64,000 bases of DNA from Acutalibacteraceae bacterium (GTDB lineage Bacteria > Bacillota > Clostridia > Oscillospirales > Acutalibacteraceae). The translations under genes and the position numbers were made by a program. The notes under the pieces are model-generated. The model saw only the letters and a program-made list of their open reading frames with translations. It had not been told where the DNA came from and searched no databases. Of the stretch, positions 47,718 through 56,253 are shown piece after piece (positions within the stretch are counted from its first letter, which is position 1; each line of letters begins with the position of its first letter). The stretch is taken from contig JAZUSD010000102.1 in the NCBI GenBank assembly GCA_045606545.1, positions 22,663 to 86,662 of the forward strand, written 5' to 3'.

Positions 47718-48848
47718 TTATATTCTTGTATCAAGTAAATCAACATATTTATTCTTGAAATCTGTGAATGTGCCGTTATCCAGCTCATCGCGGATGCGCA
47801 TCATAAGGTTATTATAGAAATAAAGGTTATGAATAACCGCTAGGCGCATAGCAAGAATTTCCTTGGCTTTGAACAAATGATGAAGATATGCTCTTGAATG
47901 CCTCTGACATGTTGGACAATTGCATTCAAGATCAATAGGTGTATCGTCATTTGCATATTTTGCATTATTAAGATTGATTATACCGTTCCATGTAAAAAGG
48001 TGTCCGTGGCGGGCATTTCTGCTTGGCATAACGCAATCAAAAAGGTCAACTCCCCTGCTAACACCCTCGATTATATTGCCGGGAGTACCGACACCCATAA
48101 GGTAACGGATTTTATCCTTTGGTGCAAAGGGCTCAACTGCAGAAATAATGCGATACATATCTTCCTTTGGTTCACCAACTGCAAGACCGCCAATTGCATA
48201 GCCGTCAAGGTCAAGTTCAGCAATCTGTTTCATATGCTCAACTCTTAAATCATCAAAGGTTGCACCCTGATTAATACCGAAAAGAAGCTGATTTTTATTA
48301 AGAGTATCCGGAAGTGAATTTAATCTTTCCATTTCGTTTTTGCAACGGATTAACCATCTTGTTGTTCTTGCAATAGATTCCTTTGCATATTTATACTCCG
48401 CAGGGTTTTTTACACATTCATCGAAAGCCATTGCAATTGTTGAGCCGAGATTCGACTGAATCTGCATACTCTCCTCGGGACCCATAAATATTTTTTTACC
48501 GTCAATATGTGAATTAAAGGTAACGCCCTCTTCTTTGATTTTGCGAAGGCTAGCAAGAGAGAAAACCTGAAATCCGCCACTATCCGTGAGAATAGGACCA
48601 TCCCAGCCTGTGAATTTATGAAGACCGCCGAGCTCTTTTATCAGCTTATCACCGGGTCTTACGTGAAGGTGGTAAGTATTGCAAAGCTGAACCTGACAGT
48701 CAATATCTTTCAAATCATAGGCAGATAAACCGCCCTTTATTGCGCCGCAGGTTGCAACATTCTGAAATGCAGGTGTCTGCACTGTACCGTGAACAGTTAT
48801 AAATTCACCGCGCCTTGCATTACCTTCTGTTTTAATAAGTTTGAACAT
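47718..48848 (-). CDS. tgt: Queuine tRNA-ribosyltransferase
   Basis: MFKLIKTEGNARRGEFITVHGTVQTPAFQ, DSGGFQV, and the zinc site CNCPTCQRHSRAYLHH. Confidence 0.93.
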   Translation of the reverse strand: MFKLIKTEGNARRGEFITVHGTVQTPAFQNVATCGAIKGGLSAYDLKDIDCQVQLCNTYHLHVRPGDKLIKELGGLHKFTGWDGPILTDSGGFQVFSLASLRKIKEEGVTFNSHIDGKKIFMGPEESMQIQSNLGSTIAMAFDECVKNPAEYKYAKESIARTTRWLIRCKNEMERLNSLPDTLNKNQLLFGINQGATFDDLRVEHMKQIAELDLDGYAIGGLAVGEPKEDMYRIISAVEPFAPKDKIRYLMGVGTPGNIIEGVSRGVDLFDCVMPSRNARHGHLFTWNGIINLNNAKYANDDTPIDLECNCPTCQRHSRAYLHHLFKAKEILAMRLAVIHNLYFYNNLMMRIRDELDNGTFTDFKNKYVDLLDTRI

Positions 48849-48905
48849 AAATCTTTCTCCTATATAAAAACGCAAGAGCATTTCACTCCTGCGTTTCTTA
48901 TGTTT

Positions 48906-49058
48906 TTACTGCAAAAATGTTTCCAGGTTATCCCAATCAATTTCAGTTTCATTAACAAAACCACTGTTTTCAGCACTAGCTATTTTACTTGCTTCTTCAG
49001 AGGTAACTTTAGTAAAATCAGGGTCCCAATTCTCCATAATACGCACCAACAAACTCAT
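48906..49058 (-). CDS. Candidate 50-aa acidic protein between queA and tgt (below the ORF-track cut-off)
   Basis: Own translation: MSLLVRIMENWDPDFTKVTSEEASKIASAENSGFVNETEIDWDNLETFLQ. There is no convincing RBS. Confidence 0.3.
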   Translation of the reverse strand: MSLLVRIMENWDPDFTKVTSEEASKIASAENSGFVNETEIDWDNLETFLQ

Positions 49059-49108
49059 TTTCTAATATTATCTTACCATATTTTTTGTCAAAGTCAATAA
49101 AATAACTA

Positions 49109-50140
49109 TTAACATATCAACATACAATCGCCGAATGAGAAAAATCTGTATTTTTCCTCAACTGCGGTTTTATAAGCAGAAAGCGTTTTATCATACCCAT
49201 AGAAAGCTGAAACAAGCATAATTAATGTGCTTTCAGGCAAATGAAAATTAGTTAAAAGTCCGTCAATACATTTGAATTTATAACCTGGATAAATGAAAAT
49301 ATCTGTGTTTCTGTCATCCTCGCAGATTTCACCGCAGAAAGTTCCCACACTTTCAAGAGTTCTGCAGCTTGTTGTACCGACTGCGATAACTCTTCCGCCG
49401 TTTTTCTTGGTTTCGTTTATTAAATCTGCAGTTTCTTTTGGTAAATGATAATGTTCGGAGTGCATCTGATGGTCTTCGATTTTCTCTGCCTTAACAGGAC
49501 GGAAAGTGCCTAAACCAACATGAAGAGTAACATAACCGATATTAACACCCTTATTACTGAGCTTTTGAAGTATTTCTTCCGTAAAATGAAGACCTGCAGT
49601 TGGTGCAGCGGCAGAGCCAAGTTCTTTTGAATAAACAGTCTGGTATCTTTCCTTATCTTCAAGCTCTTCTGTTATGTAATGGGGCAAAGGCATCTGCCCG
49701 ATTTTATCAAGAATGTTATAAATATTATCATTCTTGTCATAAAAGAAACGGACAATTCTGTTTCCGTTTTCGAGAACGCTTTCAACCTTTGCAGTTAAAA
49801 TACCCTCGCCGAAAGTGAATTCAGTACCCTCTTTTGCACGCTTTCCCGGTCCTGCAAGAGTTTCCCATAAATCATTTTCCATCTGCTTTAACAATAAGAA
49901 TTCAACAACTGCGCCTGTTTCTTTTTTAGTGCCGTAAATTCTTGCAGGAAGAACACGTGTGTTATTGAGTATAAGGCAGTCACCTGCATTGAAATAATCG
50001 CAAATATCATAAAAATGCTTATGAAGAATTTCATTATTATCCTTTGAAAGCACCATCATTCGTGAACTGTCACGTGGTTCAAGAGGATGCTGAGCAATAA
50101 GCTCTTCAGGTAAATGGTAGAAAAAATCAGATTTGTTCAT
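49109..50140 (-). CDS. queA: S-adenosylmethionine:tRNA ribosyltransferase-isomerase
   Basis: [39 protein letters not shown] and [11 protein letters not shown]. Confidence 0.93.
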   Translation of the reverse strand: MNKSDFFYHLPEELIAQHPLEPRDSSRMMVLSKDNNEILHKHFYDICDYFNAGDCLILNNTRVLPARIYGTKKETGAVVEFLLLKQMENDLWETLAGPGKRAKEGTEFTFGEGILTAKVESVLENGNRIVRFFYDKNDNIYNILDKIGQMPLPHYITEELEDKERYQTVYSKELGSAAAPTAGLHFTEEILQKLSNKGVNIGYVTLHVGLGTFRPVKAEKIEDHQMHSEHYHLPKETADLINETKKNGGRVIAVGTTSCRTLESVGTFCGEICEDDRNTDIFIYPGYKFKCIDGLLTNFHLPESTLIMLVSAFYGYDKTLSAYKTAVEEKYRFFSFGDCMLIC

Positions 50141-50297
50141 AGTAATTCCTTAATTTATTCCTTAATATACATAAAATAAATGCTTTAAAAACATTGACTT
50201 AGGTTGCAATAATATGTTAATATATTAAATCGTTGAAATATTATAAATCATTTAAAAAGTATTTACAAGTATTTTTTTACAATACGGAGGTTTCACA

Positions 50298-51380
50298 ATG
50301 AAAAAGTACAAAGTTGGTATTATTGGTGCAACAGGTATGGTTGGTCAGAGATTTGCACTTTTGCTTGCAGACCACCCTTGGTATGATGTAACAGTTCTTG
50401 CTGCATCCTCCCGTTCTGCAGGTCAGAGCTATAAAGAAGCTCTCGGAAACAGATGGTGTATGGAAGAGCCTACACCTGAAAAATATCTTGATATGACTGT
50501 TCTTGATGCAGAAAAAGATATTGAAAAAATCGCATCTGAGGTTGATTTCGTATTCTGCGCAGTTAACCTTTCAAAAGCTGAAACAAAAGAGCTTGAAGAG
50601 AAATATGCAAAAGCAGAATGCCCTGTTGTTTCTAATAACAGCGCTCACAGAATGACTCCTGATGTTCCCATGGTAGTTCCTGAGCTTAACCCTGAACACA
50701 TTGAGATTATACATTCTCAGAGAAAACGCCTCGTAACAAAAAGAGGCTTTATTGCCGTTAAATCAAACTGCTCTCTTCAGAGCTATGTTCCCGCTCTCTT
50801 CCCTCTTCACGATAAATACACAGTGAAAGACGTAGTTGTTTGCACATATCAGGCAATTTCAGGTGCAGGTAAAACCTTTGAAAGATGGCCCGAAATGGTT
50901 GATAACGTAATTCCTTTCATCGGTGGCGAGGAAGAAAAGAGCGAAAAAGAGCCTCTTAAGCTCTGGGGTAAAATTGTTGGCGATGAAATCGTATCAGCAA
51001 CTGAGCCTCATTTCACTGCTCAGTGTATCCGTGTTCCTGTTTCAGATGGTCATATGGGTGCAGTTTTCGTAAGATTTGAAAACAAACCCGAAAAAGAAGA
51101 AATGATTGAAATGTGGAAGAATTTCAAGGGCAGAGCTCAGGAATTAGAGCTTCCCTCTGCTCCCAAGCAGTTCCTTCACTATTTTGAAGAGGACAATATG
51201 CCTCAGACAAAGCTTCACAGAAACCTTGAAAACGGTATGGCTGTTTCTATTGGTAGGCTTCGTGAGGATACTCAGTATGATTATAAATTCGTATGCCTTG
51301 CACATAACACTCTTCGCGGTGCTGCAGGCGGGGCAGTTCTTCTTGCAGAGCTTCTCTGTGCAGAAGGCTATATGGATTAA
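50298..51380 (+). CDS. asd: Aspartate-semialdehyde dehydrogenase
   Basis: KVGIIGATGMVGQRF, the active-site region NCSLQ and GHMGAV. Confidence 0.9.
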   Translation: MKKYKVGIIGATGMVGQRFALLLADHPWYDVTVLAASSRSAGQSYKEALGNRWCMEEPTPEKYLDMTVLDAEKDIEKIASEVDFVFCAVNLSKAETKELEEKYAKAECPVVSNNSAHRMTPDVPMVVPELNPEHIEIIHSQRKRLVTKRGFIAVKSNCSLQSYVPALFPLHDKYTVKDVVVCTYQAISGAGKTFERWPEMVDNVIPFIGGEEEKSEKEPLKLWGKIVGDEIVSATEPHFTAQCIRVPVSDGHMGAVFVRFENKPEKEEMIEMWKNFKGRAQELELPSAPKQFLHYFEEDNMPQTKLHRNLENGMAVSIGRLREDTQYDYKFVCLAHNTLRGAAGGAVLLAELLCAEGYMD

Positions 51381-51431
51381 TAATACATAGGATAAGAATT
51401 ATCCTAAATCTATTTTTTGGAGGTTTTCGCT

Positions 51432-52322
51432 GTGAAAAAACCGATTTTCACGGGTGCCGGTGTTGCCATTGTAACACCCTTTGAAGGCGAGGATTTAAAA
51501 ATCAATTTCCCACTTTTTGAGGAGATAATCGAAAACCAGATACAAAACGGAACAGATGCAATTGTTGTTTGCGGAACAACAGGTGAAAAATCAACTCTCG
51601 TTTATGATGAGCATGTTGAAGCAATCCGCACTGCAGTCCGCGTTACCAACGGCAGAATTCCTGTTATTGCCGGAACAGGCAGTAACGATACTGTTCATGC
51701 CGTTAAGCTTTCAAACGATGCAGAAGCCTGCGGTGTTGACGGACTTTTAATGGTAACCCCTTACTACAACAAAGCATCTCAGGACGGACTTATAGAGTCC
51801 TATACATTTATTGAAAAACGTGTTTCAACACCTATTATTCTTTACAATGTGCCCTCAAGAACAGGAGTTAATATCAAGCCCGAAACTTATCTTGAGCTTT
51901 CCAAGCTCCCTCTTATAAACGGCGCTAAGGAAGCAAGCGGTGATATTTCCGCATTTGCTAAAACTGTTGCTCTTTGCGGTGATAACCTTAATTTCTACTC
52001 AGGTAACGATGACCAGATTACCGTTTTTACCGCATTAGGTGCAAAGGGTGTTATTTCCGTTCTTTCAAATATTGCGCCGAAGCTTACTCACGATATTGCA
52101 ATGCTCGGTATTGAGGGTAAAACTCAGGAAAGTGCAAAATTGCAGTTGGAATACATTGATTTATGCAATGCCCTCTTCTGCGATGTTAACCCCATACCCG
52201 TTAAAGCGGCAATGTGTATGATGGGCATTGATGTTGGCAGATGCAGAATGCCACTTTCCCCTCTTAACGAAGCTAACGAAAAGCTTTTAAGAGCAGTTTT
52301 AGAAAAGCATAATATGATATAA
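51432..52322 (+). CDS. dapA: 4-hydroxy-tetrahydrodipicolinate synthase
   Basis: GVAIVTPF, VCGTTGE, YNVPSRTG and GAKEASGD (Schiff-base Lys). GTG start at 51432, 8 nt after GGAGG. Confidence 0.92.
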   Translation: MKKPIFTGAGVAIVTPFEGEDLKINFPLFEEIIENQIQNGTDAIVVCGTTGEKSTLVYDEHVEAIRTAVRVTNGRIPVIAGTGSNDTVHAVKLSNDAEACGVDGLLMVTPYYNKASQDGLIESYTFIEKRVSTPIILYNVPSRTGVNIKPETYLELSKLPLINGAKEASGDISAFAKTVALCGDNLNFYSGNDDQITVFTALGAKGVISVLSNIAPKLTHDIAMLGIEGKTQESAKLQLEYIDLCNALFCDVNPIPVKAAMCMMGIDVGRCRMPLSPLNEANEKLLRAVLEKHNMI

Positions 52323-52345
52323 ATAATTTTAAGGATGTTTAACAA

Positions 52346-53098
52346 ATGACAAGAATTCTTTTAAGCGGTTGTTGCGGTAAAATGGGCAGAAATGTTATTT
52401 CTGTTGTTAATGCAAGAAAAGACTGTGAAATTGTTGCAGGTATTGATATTATTGACGATAGCACACTCGGTTTCCCTGTTTTTCAGAACTATGGCGAGGT
52501 AAATGTTAAGGCTGATGTGATTATTGACTTTTCAAACCCTGCCTTACTTTCTGATATGTTGGAATTTGCAGTTAATACCAACACAGCAGTAGTTCTTGCA
52601 ACAACAGGTCTTTCCGATGAACAAATTAAAGCGGTTGAAGCTGCAGCCGAAAAAATCGCAGTTTTCTTCTCTTATAATATGTCCTTAGGCGTTAGTCTTC
52701 TTTGCGAGCTTTCAAAAACTGCCGCTAAAATTCTTGGCACTGATTTTGATGTTGAAATAGTTGAAGCGCACCATAATCAGAAAATTGATGCTCCCAGCGG
52801 TACAGCAATTATGCTGGGCAACGCAATTAAAGAAATGATGCCCGACGCTTACTTTGAATATGACAGACACTCAAAAAGAGAAAAACGTCACTCAAATGAA
52901 ATTGGTATTCATTCCGTTCGCGGTGGTACAATAGTTGGCGAGCACGAGGTTATTTTCGCAGGTAACGATGAAATTGTTAAGCTTTCTCACAGTGCCCGTT
53001 CAAAAGCAATCTTTGCTCAAGGTGCAGTTAATGCCGCAGCATTTCTCAACGGCAAAGAAAACGGCATTTATAATATGAGTGATTTAGTTAATTCTTAA
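52346..53098 (+). CDS. dapB: 4-hydroxy-tetrahydrodipicolinate reductase
   Basis: GCCGKMGR, EAHHNQKIDAPSGTA and SVRGGTIVGEHEVIFAG. Confidence 0.92.
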   Translation: MTRILLSGCCGKMGRNVISVVNARKDCEIVAGIDIIDDSTLGFPVFQNYGEVNVKADVIIDFSNPALLSDMLEFAVNTNTAVVLATTGLSDEQIKAVEAAAEKIAVFFSYNMSLGVSLLCELSKTAAKILGTDFDVEIVEAHHNQKIDAPSGTAIMLGNAIKEMMPDAYFEYDRHSKREKRHSNEIGIHSVRGGTIVGEHEVIFAGNDEIVKLSHSARSKAIFAQGAVNAAAFLNGKENGIYNMSDLVNS

Positions 53099-53106
53099 TT
53101 TTTTTA

Positions 53107-53144
53107 GCGGATAGCAGATAGCAATTAGCTGTTAGCTATCCGCT
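53107..53144. terminator. Hairpin terminator built from tandem heptamers (GCnnnTA)
   Basis: GCGGATA GCAGATA GCAATTA GCTGTTA GCTATCC GCT. The outer 10 bp (AGCGGATAGC / GCTATCCGCT) are perfect. It lies between convergent dapB and the phage-type gene. Confidence 0.6.
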
Positions 53145-53184
53145 ATTTATTTGATTAACTTCTCCCTCTTTCAGAACAGGTTAA

Positions 53185-53907
53185 TTATATATATCTACTA
53201 AAATCAAAATCATCTTCTTCATCTTCTTTATATCTGTCAGGGTCGGTTATATCACCGCAAAAAACACCCTGCGGTTCATCCTCCCACCGCCTCTGGTTAA
53301 GATATGTTGCAGGATACGGTATAAACTGACCGTTATCTTTTATCCACTGTTCGCTCTTTTTCTGCCAGTTAAGAGCAGATATTATATCCTCCTTTTCTTT
53401 TTTAGTTAATTTAAGCTTAATAAAGCACTTATATGCCGAACCCTTCCCCATCTTTTTAGGATAAGCTTTCCAGAACTCCAGAAAATCATCTGAATAAGCA
53501 CCTGAAGCCTCACATACCCTCATCTCTGATGAGGAAGATGTTGATATATTATCGTTTTCGTTATCGTTTTCGTTATCGTTTTCGTTGTCGTTACCATTAT
53601 CGTTATCGGTATATTTTTTATGCAGTGGCATATTATTTATGCTATTGCATTTTTCTTTTTCCCATCGTTTTATAGCTTTCGCTTTATTTTTATTGCATTT
53701 ATCAATATATTTACAATTATCTCTGTCAATAGCATATTTGATAATACAAAAATTTGAATTTAACAATGGATTTGAAAATTGAGGTATATCGCCTCTTTTA
53801 GCATAACCGAACATAGCTCTCAACATATCTGCAATTTGTTTATCAGACATATAGCTAAACATTTCCTCCCATTCATAATAAACAATAAAACTATTCTTTT
53901 CCTTCAC
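53185..53907 (-). CDS. Orphan phage-type protein (DUF6291-like N-domain plus a replisome-organiser/DnaD-like C-domain as remembered)
   Basis: FIVYYEWEEMFSYMSDKQIADMLRAMFGYAKRG at the N-terminus. FLEFWKAYPKKMGKGSAYKCF...QWIKDNGQFIPYPATYLNQRRWEDE at the C-terminus. GTG start 7 nt after AAAGGAGGAA. Confidence 0.65.
   Translation of the reverse strand: MKEKNSFIVYYEWEEMFSYMSDKQIADMLRAMFGYAKRGDIPQFSNPLLNSNFCIIKYAIDRDNCKYIDKCNKNKAKAIKRWEKEKCNSINNMPLHKKYTDNDNGNDNENDNENDNENDNISTSSSSEMRVCEASGAYSDDFLEFWKAYPKKMGKGSAYKCFIKLKLTKKEKEDIISALNWQKKSEQWIKDNGQFIPYPATYLNQRRWEDEPQGVFCGDITDPDRYKEDEEDDFDFSRYI
53549..53608. repeat. In-frame 12-bp tandem repeat (about 5 units) encoding (N-D-N-E)n
   Basis: TTATCGTTTTCG x3, then two degenerate units. 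Translates as DNDNGNDNENDNENDNENDN. Confidence 0.85.
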
Positions 53908-53930
53908 TAAATTCCTCCTTTGTTTTTTAT

Positions 53931-53999
53931 GTAGGGAACGGATTTATCCGTTCCGCAATCAATTTGTAATATTACGGTACGCATAAATGCGTACCCTAC
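53931..53999. repeat. REP-like hairpin doublet in inverted orientation (REPIN-like)
   Basis: Unit 1 is GTAGGGAACGGATTTATCCGTTCCG (53931..53955). Unit 2 (reverse complement of 53975..53999) is GTAGGGTACGCATTTATGCGTACCG. They match at 21/25 positions, and all four differences form two compensatory base-pair swaps in the 8-bp stem. Confidence 0.6.
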
Positions 54000-54031
54000 G
54001 TCTAAACTAAAAGAACGTTTGTTCTGTTTGT

Positions 54032-54060
54032 ATTATAATTCACACAAAAAATCTTTGCAA
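54032..54060 (-). promoter_or_regulatory. Sigma-A-type promoter of the phage-type gene
   Basis: Minus strand reads TTGCAA (54060..54055), a 17-nt spacer, then TATAAT (54037..54032). Confidence 0.55.
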
Positions 54061-54080
54061 CCCACTTTCGAATTTTTTAC

Positions 54081-54113
54081 AAAAAAAGACTCGAAGCACT
54101 ACTGCTCCGAGCC
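54081..54113 (-). terminator. Rho-independent terminator of acp-proS
   Basis: Minus-strand RNA reads GGCUCGGAGCA-GUAG-UGCUUCGAGUC followed by U7. Confidence 0.75.
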
Positions 54114-54148
54114 ATTAAACTTTATTCTTTTAAATAATAATTTAATTA

Positions 54149-54336
54149 TCGATATACAAGCAAGCTTGTTCGATATATTTTGTTTTACAAAATTCGATAT
54201 ATTTAGCGATGCTAAATTCGATATGATATAAACCCTTGCTTACTTGTGCCACAGGCACATATCGAATCATCAGATATATCAAACCGAAGGTATATCGAAA
54301 ATCCGTCAGGATTTATATCGCTGTGGCTTCGCCACA
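54149..54336. repeat. Array of seven TCGATAT motifs (4 direct, 3 inverted) around short palindromes
   Basis: TCGATAT occurs at 54149, 54170, 54194 and 54218 (spacing 21-24 bp). The palindrome TGTGCC-ACA-GGCACA lies at 54246..54260. ATATCGA(A) occurs at 54259 and 54292, and ATATCG at 54315. The palindrome TGTGGC-TTC-GCCACA lies at 54322..54336. Confidence 0.7.
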
Positions 54337-54337
54337 A

Positions 54338-55777
54338 TTAATACGCTTTTCCCCAATAAACCATATGCTTTGCAGGTTTACCGCAACAAACGCAGGTATC
54401 AGAGAGATTTTCCTGCTCAAAAGGAATGCAACGGGAACCAACACCTGTAAGCTCCTTAACCTTATCTTCGCATTCTTCTTCACCGCACCACATAGCTTTA
54501 ACGAAACCGTCGCCATTTTCAGTGAGCTTAGCATTGATTTCATCAATTGTTGTGCAAGCGAATGTGCGTTTATTGAGATTTTCAAGAGCTTTGTTATAAA
54601 TAGCTTCTGCATAATCATTAATAACAGCGCTGAGGCTTTCTTCAAGATTATCAAGAGAAACAAAGATTTTTTCTCTGTTATCGCGTCTTACGAGAACGCA
54701 CTGATTATTTTCAATATCCTTAGGACCGATTTCAAGACGAACGGGAACACCCTTCATCTCATATTCAGCAAATTTCCAACCGGGAGAGTTATCAGAAGAA
54801 TCAACCTTAACTCTGAAGTTTTTGCTGAGGCGGTCACGAAGCTCATAAGCTTTATCAAGAACACCGGGCTTATGCTGAGCAATAGGAAGAATAACAACCT
54901 GAATGGGTGCAACATCGGGCGGAAGAACAAGACCGTTATCATCACCATGGGACATAATAAGCGCACCAATAAGACGAGTTGTGCAACCCCAGGAGGTCTG
55001 ATGAACATAAGTGAGTTTGTTTTCCTTATTCTGATATGTCATATCAAAAGCTCTTGCAAAGCCATCACCGAAATAGTGAGATGTTGCAGCCTGAAGAGCT
55101 TTACCATCGTGCATAAGAGCTTCAATTGCATAAGTTGCTTCTGCACCTGCGAATTTATCGCTTTCTGTTTTCTTACCTTTAACAACGGGCATACAGAGAG
55201 ATTTTTCGCAAAAATCTGCATAAACATTGAGCATTTGCTCTGTCTCTGCAACAGCTTCTTCTGCAGTTGCGTGAACAGTGTGACCTTCCTGCCACAAGAA
55301 TTCTCTTGTTCTGAGGAAAGGACGGGTTGTTTTTTCCCAACGAACAACACTGCACCACTGGTTATAGAGCTTGGGCAAATCTCTGTGTGACTGAATAATC
55401 TTTGCATAATGCTCGCAGAAAAGTGTTTCAGATGTTGGTCTTACGCAAAGCTTTTCTTCAAGCTCATCACTACCACCGTGAGTAACCCATGCAACCTCAG
55501 GAGCGAAGCCTTCAACATGGTCTTTTTCCTTCTGCAAAAGGCTCTCGGGAATAAACATAGGCATATAAACATTTTCGTGGCCTAATTCTTTGAATCTTGT
55601 ATCAAGAATTTTCTGAATATTCTCCCAGATAGCATAACCATAGGGACGGATAATCATACAACCTTTAACGCTTGAATAGTCAACAAGGTCTGCTTTTTTA
55701 ACAACGTCAGTGTACCACTGCGCGAAATCAACTTCCATAGAAGTGATTGCTTCAACCATTTTTTTCTGTTCTGCCAT
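54338..55777 (-). CDS. proS: Proline--tRNA ligase (about 480-aa archaeal/eukaryote-like type)
   Basis: [35 protein letters not shown], class II motifs, and the C-terminal zinc-binding tail ending YWGKAY. Confidence 0.93.
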   Translation of the reverse strand: MAEQKKMVEAITSMEVDFAQWYTDVVKKADLVDYSSVKGCMIIRPYGYAIWENIQKILDTRFKELGHENVYMPMFIPESLLQKEKDHVEGFAPEVAWVTHGGSDELEEKLCVRPTSETLFCEHYAKIIQSHRDLPKLYNQWCSVVRWEKTTRPFLRTREFLWQEGHTVHATAEEAVAETEQMLNVYADFCEKSLCMPVVKGKKTESDKFAGAEATYAIEALMHDGKALQAATSHYFGDGFARAFDMTYQNKENKLTYVHQTSWGCTTRLIGALIMSHGDDNGLVLPPDVAPIQVVILPIAQHKPGVLDKAYELRDRLSKNFRVKVDSSDNSPGWKFAEYEMKGVPVRLEIGPKDIENNQCVLVRRDNREKIFVSLDNLEESLSAVINDYAEAIYNKALENLNKRTFACTTIDEINAKLTENGDGFVKAMWCGEEECEDKVKELTGVGSRCIPFEQENLSDTCVCCGKPAKHMVYWGKAY

Positions 55778-55790
55778 TTTTTCTTCCTCT

Positions 55791-56027
55791 TTATTTTATA
55801 TTATTTTCAATAAAATCAACTAAATCGCCTACTGTTTTGATTTTTTCAAGGTCTTCTTCATCAAAAGGCATTTCAATCTCAAAAACATCTTCAACAGTCA
55901 TACTTAAATCAACAAGGTCAAGAGAATCAAGGCCTAAATCCTGATTAAAATAAGCTTCAGATGTAACATATTCCTCTTCTAACTCAAAGTCATCACAAAT
56001 TATTTCTCTAAGCTTTTCAAAAATCAT
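55791..56027 (-). CDS. Acyl carrier protein
   Basis: 78 aa with the [12 protein letters not shown] phosphopantetheine-attachment motif. It ends 13 nt before the proS ATG. Confidence 0.85.
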   Translation of the reverse strand: MIFEKLREIICDDFELEEEYVTSEAYFNQDLGLDSLDLVDLSMTVEDVFEIEMPFDEEDLEKIKTVGDLVDFIENNIK

Positions 56028-56066
56028 AATAACCTCCGAAATGCAACTTGAAGATTTAACCTATAA

Positions 56067-56095
56067 ATTGTATTAATTTTAGAGGGGTTTGTCAA
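56067..56095 (-). promoter_or_regulatory. Sigma-A-type promoter of acp-proS
   Basis: Minus strand reads TTGACA (56095..56090), a 17-nt spacer, then TACAAT (56072..56067). The leader is only about 35 nt. Confidence 0.55.
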
Positions 56096-56111
56096 GGGAG
56101 TTTATGAAAAT

Positions 56112-56248
56112 AGTTGCCAGTCGCCAGCTGCCAGCTACCAATTTTTGTAACAGCAACTTATTTCCTCTTAATATTTTATCTGAAATAAATTGAGAAGAAT
56201 ACAACAGTTGTTACAATTCCGGCAACCGGAGACTGGTGACTGGCGACT
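56112..56248. repeat. 137-bp imperfect palindrome with heptamer-periodic arms
   Basis: The left arm is GCCAGTC GCCAGCT GCCAGCT ACCAATT (56116..56143). The right arm is CCGGCAA CCGGAGA CTGGTGA CTGGCGA (56219..56246). The outer 16 nt match at 14/16 positions, and both differences are wobble-compatible. An inner TTGTAACA / TGTTACAA pair lies at 56145 and 56209. Confidence 0.7.
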
Positions 56249-56253
56249 TTAAA

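Noticed and set aside
50141-50297. Lysine riboswitch (L-box) upstream of asd-dapA-dapB
   Set aside because: The 157-nt AT-rich spacer has only a promoter-like TTGACT-17-TGTTAATAT and no GC-rich L-box helices.
54149-54320. CRISPR array or other spacer-repeat structure
   Set aside because: The repeat units are only 7-10 bp with 21-33 bp phasing and mixed orientation. There are no 25-40-bp direct repeats and no cas genes anywhere in the window.
54236-55390. Large + strand ORF (384 aa), the longest unexplained ORF in the track
   Set aside because: It lies entirely antisense to proS, whose product has unmistakable ProRS motifs. Its own translation is a Cys/Phe/Ile/Asn-rich low-complexity sequence with no RBS. 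It is a typical shadow ORF in AT-rich DNA.
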